Origin: Glaucostegus cemiculus | Lineage: Eukaryota | Direction: 5' to 3' | Assembly (NCBI GenBank): GCA_976551045.1 | Contig: CDPCPM010000091.1 | Location: 7,130,001 to 7,194,000, forward strand | DNA: 64,000 bases | Shown here: positions 22,059 to 34,000 of the stretch, piece by piece | Layout: each line of letters opens with the position of its first letter | Numbering within the stretch: position 1 is the first letter of the stretch | Notes under the pieces: generated by a model | Databases searched by the model: none | What the model was told of the DNA's origin: nothing | Seen by the model: the letters and a program-made list of their open reading frames with translations, nothing else | Position numbers and translations under genes: made by a program

Positions 22059-24218
22059 TGGTAGCATTATTATGGGGTTATTACAACTATTACAGCATTA
22101 CTTCTCACTTCTGCATTAGGAAAGTCACTACTTTTCTACTCCACCAGATCACACCAGTTGCTTCTCCATCAGCCAATAGCATCAGGCAAGAGTAGGGGGG
22201 AAAGGCATTTGTCTGCATTGCAGCTACGCCAGTCTGGATGGTCCTTAGAGAGACCTCCCCAGCTGTAGCCCTGGGGGTTCTCGGTCACGGAAGGCCACAG
22301 TTTCATGTTAGAAGGAACACCCTTTCCTCAATGAAGAATTTCTGCCCCTGTACCAAATCCTCATCTGGCCCTTTGTTTTATACATACAGCATTGACAATC
22401 CTAATCTCCATGGCCCATCCCTCTGTAGATGATGTGATCCTCCAGGATCTGAACTTCATCCATAACCCAGGAGAAAGCTCCCTACCCTCAGGAATTACTG
22501 GTACATCCATAAAGGAACCCACATTCTACAGGTGCTGGAGGAGTGTTGGTGTCATTGTGTCCTTGTGTCTTTAAGGACTGGCTGAGGAGCTCTCAGCTGT
22601 ATCTAAATGCTGGCAGCAGCAAGAAATTTGGCTAGTAAAGCCTCCCCGTTTCTGCAACAGAGTGGGCTTGCTCAAGGGAGCCCAATTATACTATTTTTCA
22701 AACAGCATTGAGTTTCATTACCTTTTAAAAGCATTTTAAAGCAATTAAGCAAGGTAACAATGCTTTAGTACCCCCAAAATGATATCGCTGAATTTCTAGG
22801 CCAAATCTATAAACAAAACGGTTAAGTTAATAGGTCAGATGCTGACTGACTCCAGCATTTTGTGCTCAGAGATGTTTCTTACTATGTTTGGTTGTTCATC
22901 TCTTAGTACATTTATATAAACAATAAATGTCATCGCAAAGAGTCATTGGGGAATTAGAAATATACTAAAAAACATTCAGGACATCTAAAGTGTTAATATT
23001 ACATATGATACTGTGATATAGCAAAATACAAATATCATTTACTACTCAAAGTTTCAATAATAAACTTCCTCTACATCAGGGCTAATCTGCAGTTTCTTCT
23101 CTGCACATCATCACTAATAGCTCAATAAGTGTGATGATCACAGAAGTATTTTTTTTCCATTTACTAAAATAAAAGTAAGTACTGGCTGTATTCTTCAACA
23201 CACAGAGTTTGGTACAGTCCACAAAGAAGGAATGATCACTTGGCACCAAGTTCCGAGATGTTAAGATTTAGCTGTGTTACAATTCTCATTACAGGTGAGA
23301 TCCTACAATGATGTCTTCATACTCCAAACATGAGTTTGGGCATAAAATGGGGGTTAAATATTTTTAAAGTACATTTGAAAACTGAAGTACAGGGAGAATA
23401 GTATGAACCATTTTACAATTACACTTGCAGCTTCATTAATGCAGATGTAAAATACAAATAAATATAAAAATGACAATAAATCATATATTTTAAAATAGAG
23501 AAATAATACATCTTGACAAACATCTGCATGAATATTTAACAACTTATGCATACTAAACTCATTTGCAATACAAATATATTACAAACTTTCTCCCCCCACA
23601 AATACCAGCCTCTCATTATATACTGTCTAAGGGCGCATGAACAACAAATCAAATTATCAAATAATCAGATCTCTTTTGATCATAAATGCTATATGCCTTG
23701 CTATTTGCTTTTCCTGTAAAACAATCTGAAAACAACATATGATTTGCAGGCTACAAGTTATTCTACTGCTGTAATAGCTACCACAAAACATCATTTCAAC
23801 TAGAAATTCATTGCCTCAATAGCTGAATCAGCTTCATTAGTTAACGTCTTTCCCATGGTCTGTAGCATCTTCATTTGAACAATAAAAAAAATTACAAATA
23901 TTGTCAGCTTCAAAATAACCATTAAAATTTGTTCTAAAAGGGAAACCAGTCTAAGGTTTAAAGGCTATGGTTTCTTATGCCACTTTACAGACATTCTCAA
24001 ACTAAGGTCCAGATTTATTTCATTTACTATGGATTGGAGAAAATGTGTTTTGTGCAAATTTCAGATAAAATTTATAATGTACAAGTTTTCTAATAATTTC
24101 ATACTTTATTCTGAAGCTCAACATGGCACCAGTTATGCATGGCACACAATAATCCAATGGGCTGCTTGCATTTCGTGGAAGTTTCTAACCTTCCTGTATC
24201 TGAAATGTGCGTACGTAC

Positions 24219-24480
24219 CTCTCCTTGTTGCTGCTTTGCCTGCCAGATTGCTGTGTTCCTCTGTAAGCCGTTGCTGGTTTCCCCACCAAGCCCCCGCTTT
24301 AAAAAATAACAAGAACATAATGGTCCTACAATTTGATAATGTACGTCTTTCATTGTAATTAGAAGGGAAGGGGGAGGTAGATTTTTTAAACTGTTGATGT
24401 GCACTCGTTATAAGCATACTCCCCTGTGCGCGCGCGCACACACACACACCAAGCATGCATTTTGTTTGCTTTATTCTCAT
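24219..24480 (-). CDS. CTBP2: Probable alternative first coding exon of CTBP2 (up to 87 aa + G: MRIKQ...STSPFPSNYNERRTLSNCRTIMFLLFFKAGAWWG...KAATRR-G)
   Basis: Open frame of at least 138 codons ending at donor AGA G|GTACGT (24219/24218) in phase 1, as in the other two CTBP2 first exons. In-frame ATGs include 24516, 24480, 24417 and 24318. Local CpG enrichment and upstream TATATAA. Start codon uncertain. Confidence 0.6.
24425..24449. repeat. (TG)(CG)n(CA)n alternating purine-pyrimidine microsatellite, 25 bp
   Basis: tgtgcgcgcgcgcacacacacacac read directly. Confidence 0.9.
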
Positions 24481-24602
24481 ATGCTCCAGCATGCAACTTT
24501 TATGAAGCACCAACATTTTCAGACAGTAACACAGACACTCAATTTGGGTTGGGAAGCTGTCACATATCAGGAATGTCAAAGCACTTAAACGGGAATTGTA
24601 AA

Positions 24603-24609
24603 TTATATA
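24603..24609 (-). promoter_or_regulatory. Candidate TATA box (TATATAA) for the 24.2-24.5 kb first exon
   Basis: Minus strand reads CTTTATATAATT about 90-130 nt upstream of the first in-frame ATGs; TAATCTG site nearby at 24634-24640. Confidence 0.3.
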
Positions 24610-24714
24610 AAGAAGGTATTTACATTCAAACAACAGATTAAAAAAAAATCATGTTTCAACACTTTATTTTTCCTGCATAGCAATTTAAAGTCATCATTAA
24701 CAAAAGGTTAACAA

Positions 24715-25210
24715 AACCATAATGAGTATAACCAAAAGAATTCATTTCTAGTGGAAAGGCATTCAGAAGCAGTAAAGTTATGTTGCACTTGTATATAAAT
24801 TCTGGTTAGATCACAATTTTTTTTAATGGTTCTGGCACTCTTCTTACCAAATGTAGAATCACTAGAGAAACTGCAAAAACATTTATAGGGATGACAGCAG
24901 GAGGCTACAACTATCAGTAAAGAATAAACGTATCAGAGCTCATTAGCCTGAAGCAAGGGAAGGCTGTTGGATAGCCTGTGTGGGAAAAGGGGGGACAGTG
25001 GTGGTGACCTGATACAGGAAAGATACAAAAAAGGTTTTTACATTGTGAGGGGAATACATAGCTAAATTAATATATTGACACAAACTAGTCACAATAAATC
25101 CAATGAAGAAATCAAGAAAAACACCTTCATACACAGAGTAGTGAGACTATAGAATCTGCACATTGGTTGAGATGAATAGCCCAGGTGCATTCAATGAAGA
25201 GCTACCTCTT
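24715..25210 (+). mobile_element. Old CR1 fragment
   Basis: gaagcagtaaagttatgttgcacttgtata...ctggttagatcaca (cf. EVMLQLYKTLVRPH) and gaaaacaccttcatacacagagtagtgaga (cf. FFTQRVV). Confidence 0.6.
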
Positions 25211-25839
25211 CAGCAACACCTCAATTCACAAGACTTCACATCCATCACAGCCAGAGCTTTCCTGACTCTGGCTAATTACCTTTGCCCAGTAAATGACACC
25301 AATGACAAACGTGCAAATAAAAAAAAAACTTTTTGAAGAACAAAAATCACAGGAAAAGAAATAATGACTACTGATTTTCAAACAGCCAGCAACTCAAAAG
25401 ACTCAGTAATTAGTGGGAACCTTACAGAGATCAATGGTTGGACCTCTGTTGAGACACACTTCTCTCTGTCAATGCAGCAGAGGTCAGTTCACTTGCTGCC
25501 AAGGCAGATGCAATTTAATTGGAGCCAATGACTGTTTTCACTCCTGATCCAGACCCTGCTGACTGATGTGGTTTCCTCAAACAATTTGCACCCCAACTTT
25601 CAACAAAGAATGAAAGCACAGCAGGGAAACACAGCTTTAAGTAGTCCTCAAATATAATCATAAGGTGTAACAAAATCGTTTTTATCAAAAAGTAATACGC
25701 AATCAGCATTCATACACATTTTAGCTCAGGAATCTCACTGATTAGTTTGGATCAGTGGCCAAGCACAGCAAGATACAAGTTATAAATAATTGGCTAGGAT
25801 TTTGAACATGCACCTAAAGGACAAAGCAAAATAAATGAC

Positions 25840-25984
25840 TAGTACAGCATTTCACCTAAAAGGATAACACCTCAGGAAATGTCATGCTCCCTTAATAATT
25901 TCCCAGAATATAAAGTTGCAGGGCTGGACTTGAACCTATAACCTCTGACTGAGAAGTGGGATGGAGCAAACTGTACTAAACTCC
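25840..25984 (-). mobile_element. Old tRNA-derived SINE head
   Basis: ggacttgaacctataacctctgactgaga = reverse-complement B-box/tRNA-like arm; similar fragment near 30230-30305. Confidence 0.4.
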
Positions 25985-26022
25985 TGTTTTATGATCATAT
26001 GTTTTATGATCATATGTTTTAG

Positions 26023-26563
26023 ATCATAGGTGTCTCGCTTCCATCCCTTGCAGACATATACAAGGACCGTTGTGTGAGGAAGACCAAAAGCATAATGGCC
26101 GACCCTTCTCACCCCTCCCATCACCTCTTTACAATTTTGCCATCGGGGAGGAGGCTTAAATGTATCAGGGCAAGAACGACCAGGCTGAACAACAGCTTCT
26201 TTCCGCAAGCCATCAGAACTGCAAACTCTCTCATCCCTCCATCTTCCTTGTTAACACTAAGGGATGCTAGGTGCACAGAAATGCACCAGCACTTTAAGTG
26301 CCCGCCACCAGCCCGTTCACTTTAATAAGTATTTATTTATTTACCGGCCATTTTTAATTTAATCTGCGTATTAATTTAATTTTAACTTCCGTAGTTTTTA
26401 ATGTTTAATGTTTTTTAATGTTTATTTTGTTAAGTGTGTCTGTGTGTCTCTGTTGGTTGTTATTTAATGGGACGAGCACCTGAGGAGGACGGTATCTCGC
26501 TCCTATGCATACTATGTATGTATATGGTTGTGACAATAAAACTGATTCTGATTCTGATTCTGA
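26023..26563 (+). mobile_element. Young Rex1/Babar-type LINE 3' end
   Basis: Uninterrupted IIGVSLPSLADIYKDRCVRKTKSIMADPSHPSHHLFTILPSGRRLKCIRARTTRLNNSFFPQAIRTAN; AATAAA plus (ATTCTG)n tail. Confidence 0.9.
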
Positions 26564-26689
26564 AAAACAAATTTTACCATTGTACAACTAGTGGGAATCA
26601 GGTTAATGTCATTGGGTGGCTATTTTAATCTGGACAGAAAGACAGCAATCTGACTGACACCTACAGGCTTCAGCTGGTATTTCTTATTT

Positions 26690-26985
26690 ATTACAGCACA
26701 GAAAGAGGCCATTCCACCCATCAGATCCATTTCAAGTCCCAGCAGAGCAATTCCATCAGTCCCATTTGCCTTTTCCCCTGCAATGTATTTTCCCTCACAT
26801 GCCCATCAACTCCCCCTTGGCGTAGCTAGTTAATAAAACAACCAAGGGTTAATTTACAGTAGCTAATTAACCTACTAGCACATCTTTGGGATGTAGGAGG
26901 ATATCAGAACACCAGCAAAGGGTCACAGGGAGGACATGTCAATTCCACACAAACAGCACCCGAGATCAGAATCCAACTGCTTTGA
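26690..26985 (-). mobile_element. V-SINE with CR1-derived tail (HE1-like)
   Basis: catctttgggatgtaggagg...ggtcacagggaggacatgtcaattccacac (V-domain) and acagcacagaaagaggccattc (CR1 tail). Confidence 0.75.
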
Positions 26986-29900
26986 GCAGAGCAGCGGTTG
27001 AGATTTTCCTCTACACCTCATACACAGACAGGAGCAACAGGAGTGCTTCTTCAGCTCCATGGAAATTAGAGGCTGTCCCGCTCCCCTTGATGAAAGGTCA
27101 CAAAGCTGGAAGTTTATCTGTTCTTAAAAAAAAACCTAACTCTGCAGAAGCGGCCTCACCTGTTGAGTATTTTCCAGCATCTTATTTTTATCCTCATCCC
27201 ACCAGCTCCAGGTAAAATTCAGGGCTTCATTGTAAATTAAAATGAATTTCTACATCTTAAGTTTGAAGTACAATATCATTGCTGCAATTTCTACTTGGGT
27301 CTTATCACTGAGAGTGTTGCTGCATCAATATAAAGTGATAGCAGGTGGCTTTATTCCTAGATGCTATCTGATGGAAGTTCAAGACTACAGTGGGGGTGTT
27401 TCCTTTTGACCAACCTTTTGTCAGAGGAGGCATGTTAAGACTAAAAAACTGGAAACAAATACAGAATTGCAGTGAACAAGAGGGAGTATTTGGCGATGTG
27501 AATGTAATGAATGCTTCAACACACTTTCATTGCACGTGATTAAGTTGCAGAGCAAGAAACTAATGCTGAATCTGATTCAATTTTGTTGCCAGCTGTGTAA
27601 ACAGACAGACGAAGGTGCTCAACATTCTCAAGTGTGGTTCACTGAACTGGTCCCCTTTAAGAGGAAACGACAAATTATAGCACACAGCTGGAAATAATCT
27701 TCAATCATAATCAAATCTGCAACCGTGGAATTTTTACAACCATTTGTTCCCTTGTTCCAGTTATTTTCAAATCAGTAGCTATCAGATCTGATGAAAAACA
27801 TCAGACAGAAAGGCAAAATTTCTAGAAGCCCAGTTCTGCTTATTTGTCCTCTTTTAACTTGTCTTCAAAGCCACTTTTGTAAAACAACAAAGCATGATTA
27901 TCCTCAAATGATGAAACTTACTTTCATAAATCATGGGCAAAGGGGACACTTAAGCTCTTTAAAATACATTTGATACAAAGCAAAGAACAGAAAAGACAAG
28001 GCGTGGGAACATTGCCTTTCTTTCAGATTTTGCTGCACACCAGCGCTGTTTACATCACAGCAATCACTGCGAAGGACCTTTGCCAAACAACAAATGAGAT
28101 GTGGGCATTAATATGTTAATGCCATCAAAAGAACATGATCAGCAAATTGATTTGGAATTGCAATTGCTCCCCCACCCACACATCCTTCGCCCTCACCCTT
28201 CCCTTCCCCCTCCCCCCACACTCCCATTCCACTTTTTTCCTTAAAGCATTGATTCACGCTGGGGTACAGGTTGATGAGTTGCAGTTCCCTGCAAGTTCTG
28301 AAATCCCCGTTGGCTCTATGTCATTGAACGTCGGAGTGCCAACTGGTTACTTGGCCAGAGTAAGGAGGACAGCCAAGTCTGATTCTTTCCCAATTTAACG
28401 TCCATACAGTATATTTGCCAGCAGGGGCCACTGCATAACAATGTGAGCAGGCAGCAGGGCTGACTTGACCTGCGCTTCCCCTGGAGCGGTTGCAACCAAC
28501 CAACTGTTCTATTCTCACTGCCACGCAAGCCAGAACACACAAACTTACCCTTAGAACAGGGACTGAAGCTGGGACCATCTGGGAGTGGACAACCCTACTG
28601 AGCACAGCTTTTGATTCTAGTCAAGAACTTAACAGAAGTGGATTTAAAATGACTACCTTTTTCAACTCATAAAGACAAGTCACTGCATAGTTCAGTGAAA
28701 GGACCAGAGATTTTTTACTGTTATGAATCCTGAATTACAATGCAATCAATACCACTAAATGAACTCTGGGAGACCAGTCCACCACCACTAACTGAAAAAA
28801 ATAAAGCTAACCATGATATAGCAAAGAAAAAAATATGATCACTAATTGAAATGCATTAGGAAACCAGATAGTAACACTTTCCTAATGATGGGGGCATTTA
28901 ATTGTGTCCAACCATTGCATGAGTGATCACGACTTGTCACTGATGGTTGTCCAGAAGTAGAATTCATATATATCTGTATGTGTGTGTCTCTGGGCCATTG
29001 TTTGCTCCAATTAACTTCTACTCATCTCACATGAAGTCACAATAAAGTCTGATGCAGACATTCAGAACATGTACATATCAGGCTGGGGTTGTTTTGCTCT
29101 CTTCTGTCACAATTATTAAAAGAATGTAAAAACTATAAAATAATCTCAGATTGGAAAATTAACTCAGAAGAGGTGACCTAAGGGAAGACAGCCTGGAAAT
29201 AAATCTGTCCAGATTACAGCACACAGTCTTTTTCATTCATTCTTATAGCTCTAATTGGCAAATGTGGGTGTAACAGATGACCCACTGTAGGTGGCATCTA
29301 TATAACACATCTCAACAAAATAACCAGCCAAGTATTCAGAAGATTCTGGGCACTGTTTTATGCTGCTGACAAATATTCTTCATTTAATTTGATGTATTTT
29401 TATTCTATAAAATATGAATGGAGATGTTAAAATTGACAGAGGCTAGTTCTTGTTGAGTGCAAGTTCAGATTCCAAGCATCAAAGTTGTTCCCTATAAAAC
29501 CAGATGACACTAATATAAGGATAGTGGGGGAGGGGAGAGAAGAGGACAGCTAATTCTCATACTTACACTGGACAATGCAGATTAAGGTTACTGAATAAAC
29601 AGGAGGAAATAATTCTCTTAGCTTCAACATGGACAAGAAATAACTAAGATCAACTCCAACCCATTTATCATTCCATTGAGAAGATCACCTGCTTATTCCT
29701 CTGCAGAAACATTCCCACCATCACTCCTTCCCAATAAATAGTATTAAACATTAGAATGTAAAAACCACATTTCATTTTTAAAATGACAATTTAATTGCAA
29801 TTAAGTATTAATCGAGCATGTCCAGTCAAAGTCAACTATTACCCAAATCCAGTAGCTGTGGATTTTATTTGAGGGCATGCAAGTCAACAATCATCTTCCT

Positions 29901-30309
29901 GCACAGGCTGAGGTGGCTGTGTTATGTTGACCAAACACTTATATCTTTTCATTTATTTTACATCACTGAGAGAACTTGGATTTATATAGTACGTCCTATA
30001 GCCTTGGAGAATGTCAAGGCCCATCAGTGTATTATACACTGCTGTGTAGATAAGCACACCAGACAATTTTCACAATGCAGGCTAATAAATAATTGGTTTT
30101 TGGTCTTGGTTGTGCTACTCAAGGGAGAAATGTTAACTTAGGCAGAAGTCGTTCCTGCTTTTCTTCAACTTAGTCCTTTCTGCCTGATCAAAATATGGCC
30201 AATCAAGACCTCATGCAAGAGTAAATATCCCTATCAGTGCAGAGCACTCCAGTCAACCTGGTTAATCGACCCAAACCTGTGGAGTGAGGCGTGAACCCTC
30301 AATGTTACA

Positions 30310-32440
30310 TGAGAAGGTAAGAAACAGGAGTAGCAATAGGATTCAGCCCCTTGTGCTTCCTCTGTCGTTCAACTTCATGACGTATCAATCACCTCAACAC
30401 AACCTTCCAGCACTAACCCTATATCCCTCAATTCCCTTAAAATCCAAAAATTCGTCAATCTTGAATTATACTCGGTGACTAAGCCTCCACAGCCCTGTTG
30501 GGTAGAAAATTCCAAAGATTCACTATGCTGTGGGAAAAGAATTTCTTCTGATCTCACCCCTGAATGGACAATATCTTATTTTGAGATTGTGACCATCTGT
30601 TTTAAGGTCTTTAGCCAGTGGAAACATCAACCCTGCAACACCTGGTAAAGTCCAGTACAACTATTTTTTAAATGTTTCCTCAAGATCACCTCTTCTAAAC
30701 TCTAGAGAGCTCAATCTGCTTAATCTCTCCTCATATGATAAACTCTCCCATCCCAGGGATCAATTTGGCAAATTTCCCTTCAACACTTTCTATAATGTAT
30801 ATACTTCCTTAGGTTGGGACACCACATCTCAACACAAAATGCAAGGTACAGTCTTACCAAGGCTCTAAATAATTGCAGTAAGATGGCTGTAGTCTTTTAC
30901 TTAAATCCTTTTGCAATAAAGAATCATTTAGTTTCTAATCATTTGTAGCATCTGCATGCAACTTCCAGTGATTTGTGCACAAGGACACCTTTTTCATTTG
31001 AACAGCAACACTTTTCAATCTCTCATTGTTTTAAAAGATATCCTACCTTTCTAAATGTTTTCTGTCATAGTCAGTGTCGTCATATTTCCACATTATATTC
31101 CATCCACATCTCTGTCCGTTCTATTAGCCTGCAAACCCCACTAAAGCTCCTCTGTATCTCCTTACAACCCAAAGGTGGCATTCAGCTTCGTATCATCAGC
31201 AAACTTGCATATTTTAAAGTTGTTCCCCTCCCCTAAATCGCCAATGTAGATAGTGAAAAGCTGGCACCCAGACCCAAATTACTGCAGCACCCCACAAGTC
31301 ACCATTTATCAACTCAAAAATGACCTATTTATTCCTGCTGTCTGCTTTCTGGACATTAACCAGTCTTCATTCCATGCCAGTATATTAACCCAATGCCATA
31401 TTTTCTAATTTTCTTTACTAATCTTTTCTGAAGGACCTTATCAAAAGCCTCCTAAAAGTTCAAACTCCTGCATCCACTGGCTTTCCCTTATCTATTCTGC
31501 TCCTTACAACTTCAAATAAAAAGTAATTGATTTCCTTGTTGACTTCACTCTGTCACCCCTTTGTTAGTAATAGATTCTCATGTTTTCCTTGCTACCGCTG
31601 TTAGCTAACTGGTCTATGATTCTTGTCTTCTCTCTACCTCTTTCCTTAAATGGTGGGGTTACATTTAATCCTTTTCATACAATAGAACCATGCATCCACC
31701 GTCACCACATTTTTAAACCATGGAATGCAGGTCATCGAATCTCCAGTCTCATTAATTTGTCCTATGCTTTTTTTTCCTAATACAAATTTCTTTCAGCAAC
31801 CATTCACTCCAGACCTGTACTATTTTTTTGGAGGCTTTTTAGGTCTTCTTCCACAAAGACAGACAAAAAATATTTGTTTAGCTTCTCTACCATTTCCTGT
31901 CTCAGTCTGTAAGAGATCAATGCTAACTTTTGCTAATCTTTTCTCTTACATTTCTGTAAAGTTTTTACGGTCTGTTGCTACATTTCTCATTAGGTTACTC
32001 TTGTATTCTACTTTCTCTTTCTCATCCATTTATTGATCCTCCTTTGCTGAATTCTGAAATTCTCCAAATCCTCAGGCTTAGTGCACTTGATGGCAATATT
32101 ATAAGCCTTTTCCTTTAACCCAATATGATCTTTAACTTCTCTTATTAGCCATGACTGGACCACTTTTCTATTGGGTCTTAAAGGGATATCTATTTGCTGC
32201 AATCTATGTACTAATTCTTTAAAAGTTAGCCATTGCTTGCTGACTGTCACACCTTCTAAGCCAGTTTCCCAATCTACCGTAGTGAATTCACACCCTATGC
32301 CTTCGTAATTTGCTTTAGCTAAATTCAAGACCTTAATATCAGGTTGAAGTAAATTACATTCGATCTCTACATAAAATTCTATCTTATTATGATCAATCTT
32401 CTCTAAACGCTCTCTTAACTACCAGTTTATGAATTAACTG
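30310..32440 (-). mobile_element. CR1 LINE remnant, ~2.1 kb
   Basis: 3' terminus at ~30310; minus ORF LAKANYEGI..EFTTVDWE..LEG..V..QWLTFKE..; ggaccttatcaaaagcctcctaaaagt = reverse of DF.KAFDKVP. Confidence 0.85.
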
Positions 32441-32673
32441 TTTCTCATTGCAATACAAGCTTATGACTCTGCAGCAGGAACATCATCTACTGAGCCAACC
32501 CGACACTGCTATTACAGTTGAAGCAAATGCAGCAAAGTCTAGGTTATAATTTGCTCTTCAGGCTGCATCTTACCAAAACTGACAGCCTAACCTGTCAGAT
32601 CTAATGACCCAGGTGCCCTTCAGTTACTACTTCTACTGTTGCTAAAGACCATATAAGTGTACAGCTTGCTTAC

Positions 32674-32722
32674 CTTCACAAATTCGATCCAATCGTTGCC
32701 GCTTCACTTTGTGCTTGTCCAT
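32674..32722 (-). CDS. CTBP2: CtBP2 N-terminal NLS exon coding part, MDKHKVKRQRLDRICE-G (16 codons + 1 nt)
   Basis: Minus strand ATG GAC AAG CAC AAA GTG AAG CGG CAA CGA TTG GAT CGA ATT TGT GAA G|GTAAGC matches the CtBP2 DKHKVKRQRLDRICEG N-terminus. Too short for the ORF track. Confidence 0.95.
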
Positions 32723-32842
32723 CAGAGATGTCAGCTGTGCCACTTAAAGAATTCCTTTCACTACAACGAGCAAACAGCGTTCGACTTGTTCACTATTCAG
32801 ATGAATCCACAGGAGTGCAAGTGCATAACTCTACCCCGAATC
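32723..32842 (-). other. CTBP2: 5' UTR part of the CtBP2 NLS exon (whole exon 169 nt, 32842-32674)
   Basis: Acceptor CTTTTGTCTCTTCAAATTTCAG|GA at 32843/32842; in-frame TAA at 32744-32746 upstream of the ATG. Confidence 0.75.
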
Positions 32843-33054
32843 CTGAAATTTGAAGAGACAAAAGTTGTCACTGAAACTGGAGCCACATGGATATTCAAAA
32901 TAAGCCCCATACTAAGTAAAATAAAACAGTAAAACCTCTTTACTAATGCACTGCATCAGAGCTTTGTTGGGATATCGCAACACCCACAAAAATAGTCAAT
33001 TACATTCACAAATATGGAGCAAAGGGAAATTTGAATCATATTTATTTTAATTAT

Positions 33055-33300
33055 TCTTTTTTCGGGATTCTGACATCGCGGGCAAGACCAGCATTTATTG
33101 CCCATCCCTAACTGCCCTTGGGAAAGTGATGGTGAGCCTTCTTGACTTTCTGTATCCCTTCTGGTGAATGTGCTCCCACAGTGCTGTTGGGGACAGAGTT
33201 CCACACCTTAGTGCTAGTGATAATGAAGGAACAGAGGTACATTTCCAGGTCAGGATGTTGCGTGTCTTGGAGGGAAATCTGCAGGTGGTGTCTATATGGT
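33055..33300 (-). mobile_element. RTE-X/jockey-like LINE 3' end
   Basis: ccagcatttattgcccatccctaactgcccttg tail; minus HPDLEMYLCSFIITSTKVWNSVPNSTVG..KKAHHHF. Confidence 0.8.
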
Positions 33301-33764
33301 TTTCTATCGCTAAACACCGTACCAAATATGAAAGCTCTTGTTTTCTGACTGGCATGGGGGAAGATTTTTCTTTTGCTTAAACACTGAAGCATGCGGTGGG
33401 AAAATTACAATGTGTGGCATTTTCACTCTTTAGAGATTAACTGACCGTTTAAGCCTGCCAAAAAAGCCCTGTGTCTCACATAAGCAAAGTACAAAAAATA
33501 CAAGCTTTTACACAGAAAAATTATGAAGTCTTCATATTTTTTGACCTTTGCTGCTACCATGATAGTTAGAAGCCTATTAAACTCTCAAATTCATGATCAA
33601 TTGAATGGCTCAAGTGATTCCGTGAACCTTGTCTGCCATTTGTACTCTATCCCAGTCCAAAGTCAAGGTTTAAGATCTACACTAACCTTGAAGCCAGGTT
33701 AGGGGTACAAATGTAACTAAAGACAAGATATCTATTCAAAATACTTCACACTTCTACTTCAAAA

Positions 33765-34000
33765 TGCACAGTGAAATGCATCTTTTTGCATAGTGTTCTG
33801 AGGGCAGCCCACAAGTGTCGCCACACTTCCGGCGCCAACACAGCGTGCCCACAATTTCCTAACCCGTATGTTTTTGGAATGTGGGAGGAAACCCACGCAG
33901 ACACAGGAGAACGTACAAACTCCTCACGGACAATGGACGGATTGGAACCGGAGGTTGTTGGCTCTGTAATAGTGTTACGCTAACCACTACACTACTGTGC
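33765..34000 (-). mobile_element. V-domain tRNA-SINE
   Basis: gggcagcccacaagtgtcgccacacttccggcgccaaca...ggaatgtgggaggaaacccacgcagac...gttacgctaaccactacac. Confidence 0.85.

Noticed and set aside
22190-22700. GC-richer block (similar one at ~47880-48240) that might be coding
   Set aside because: No long ORF or splice pattern; likely a decayed LINE fragment that I cannot assign.
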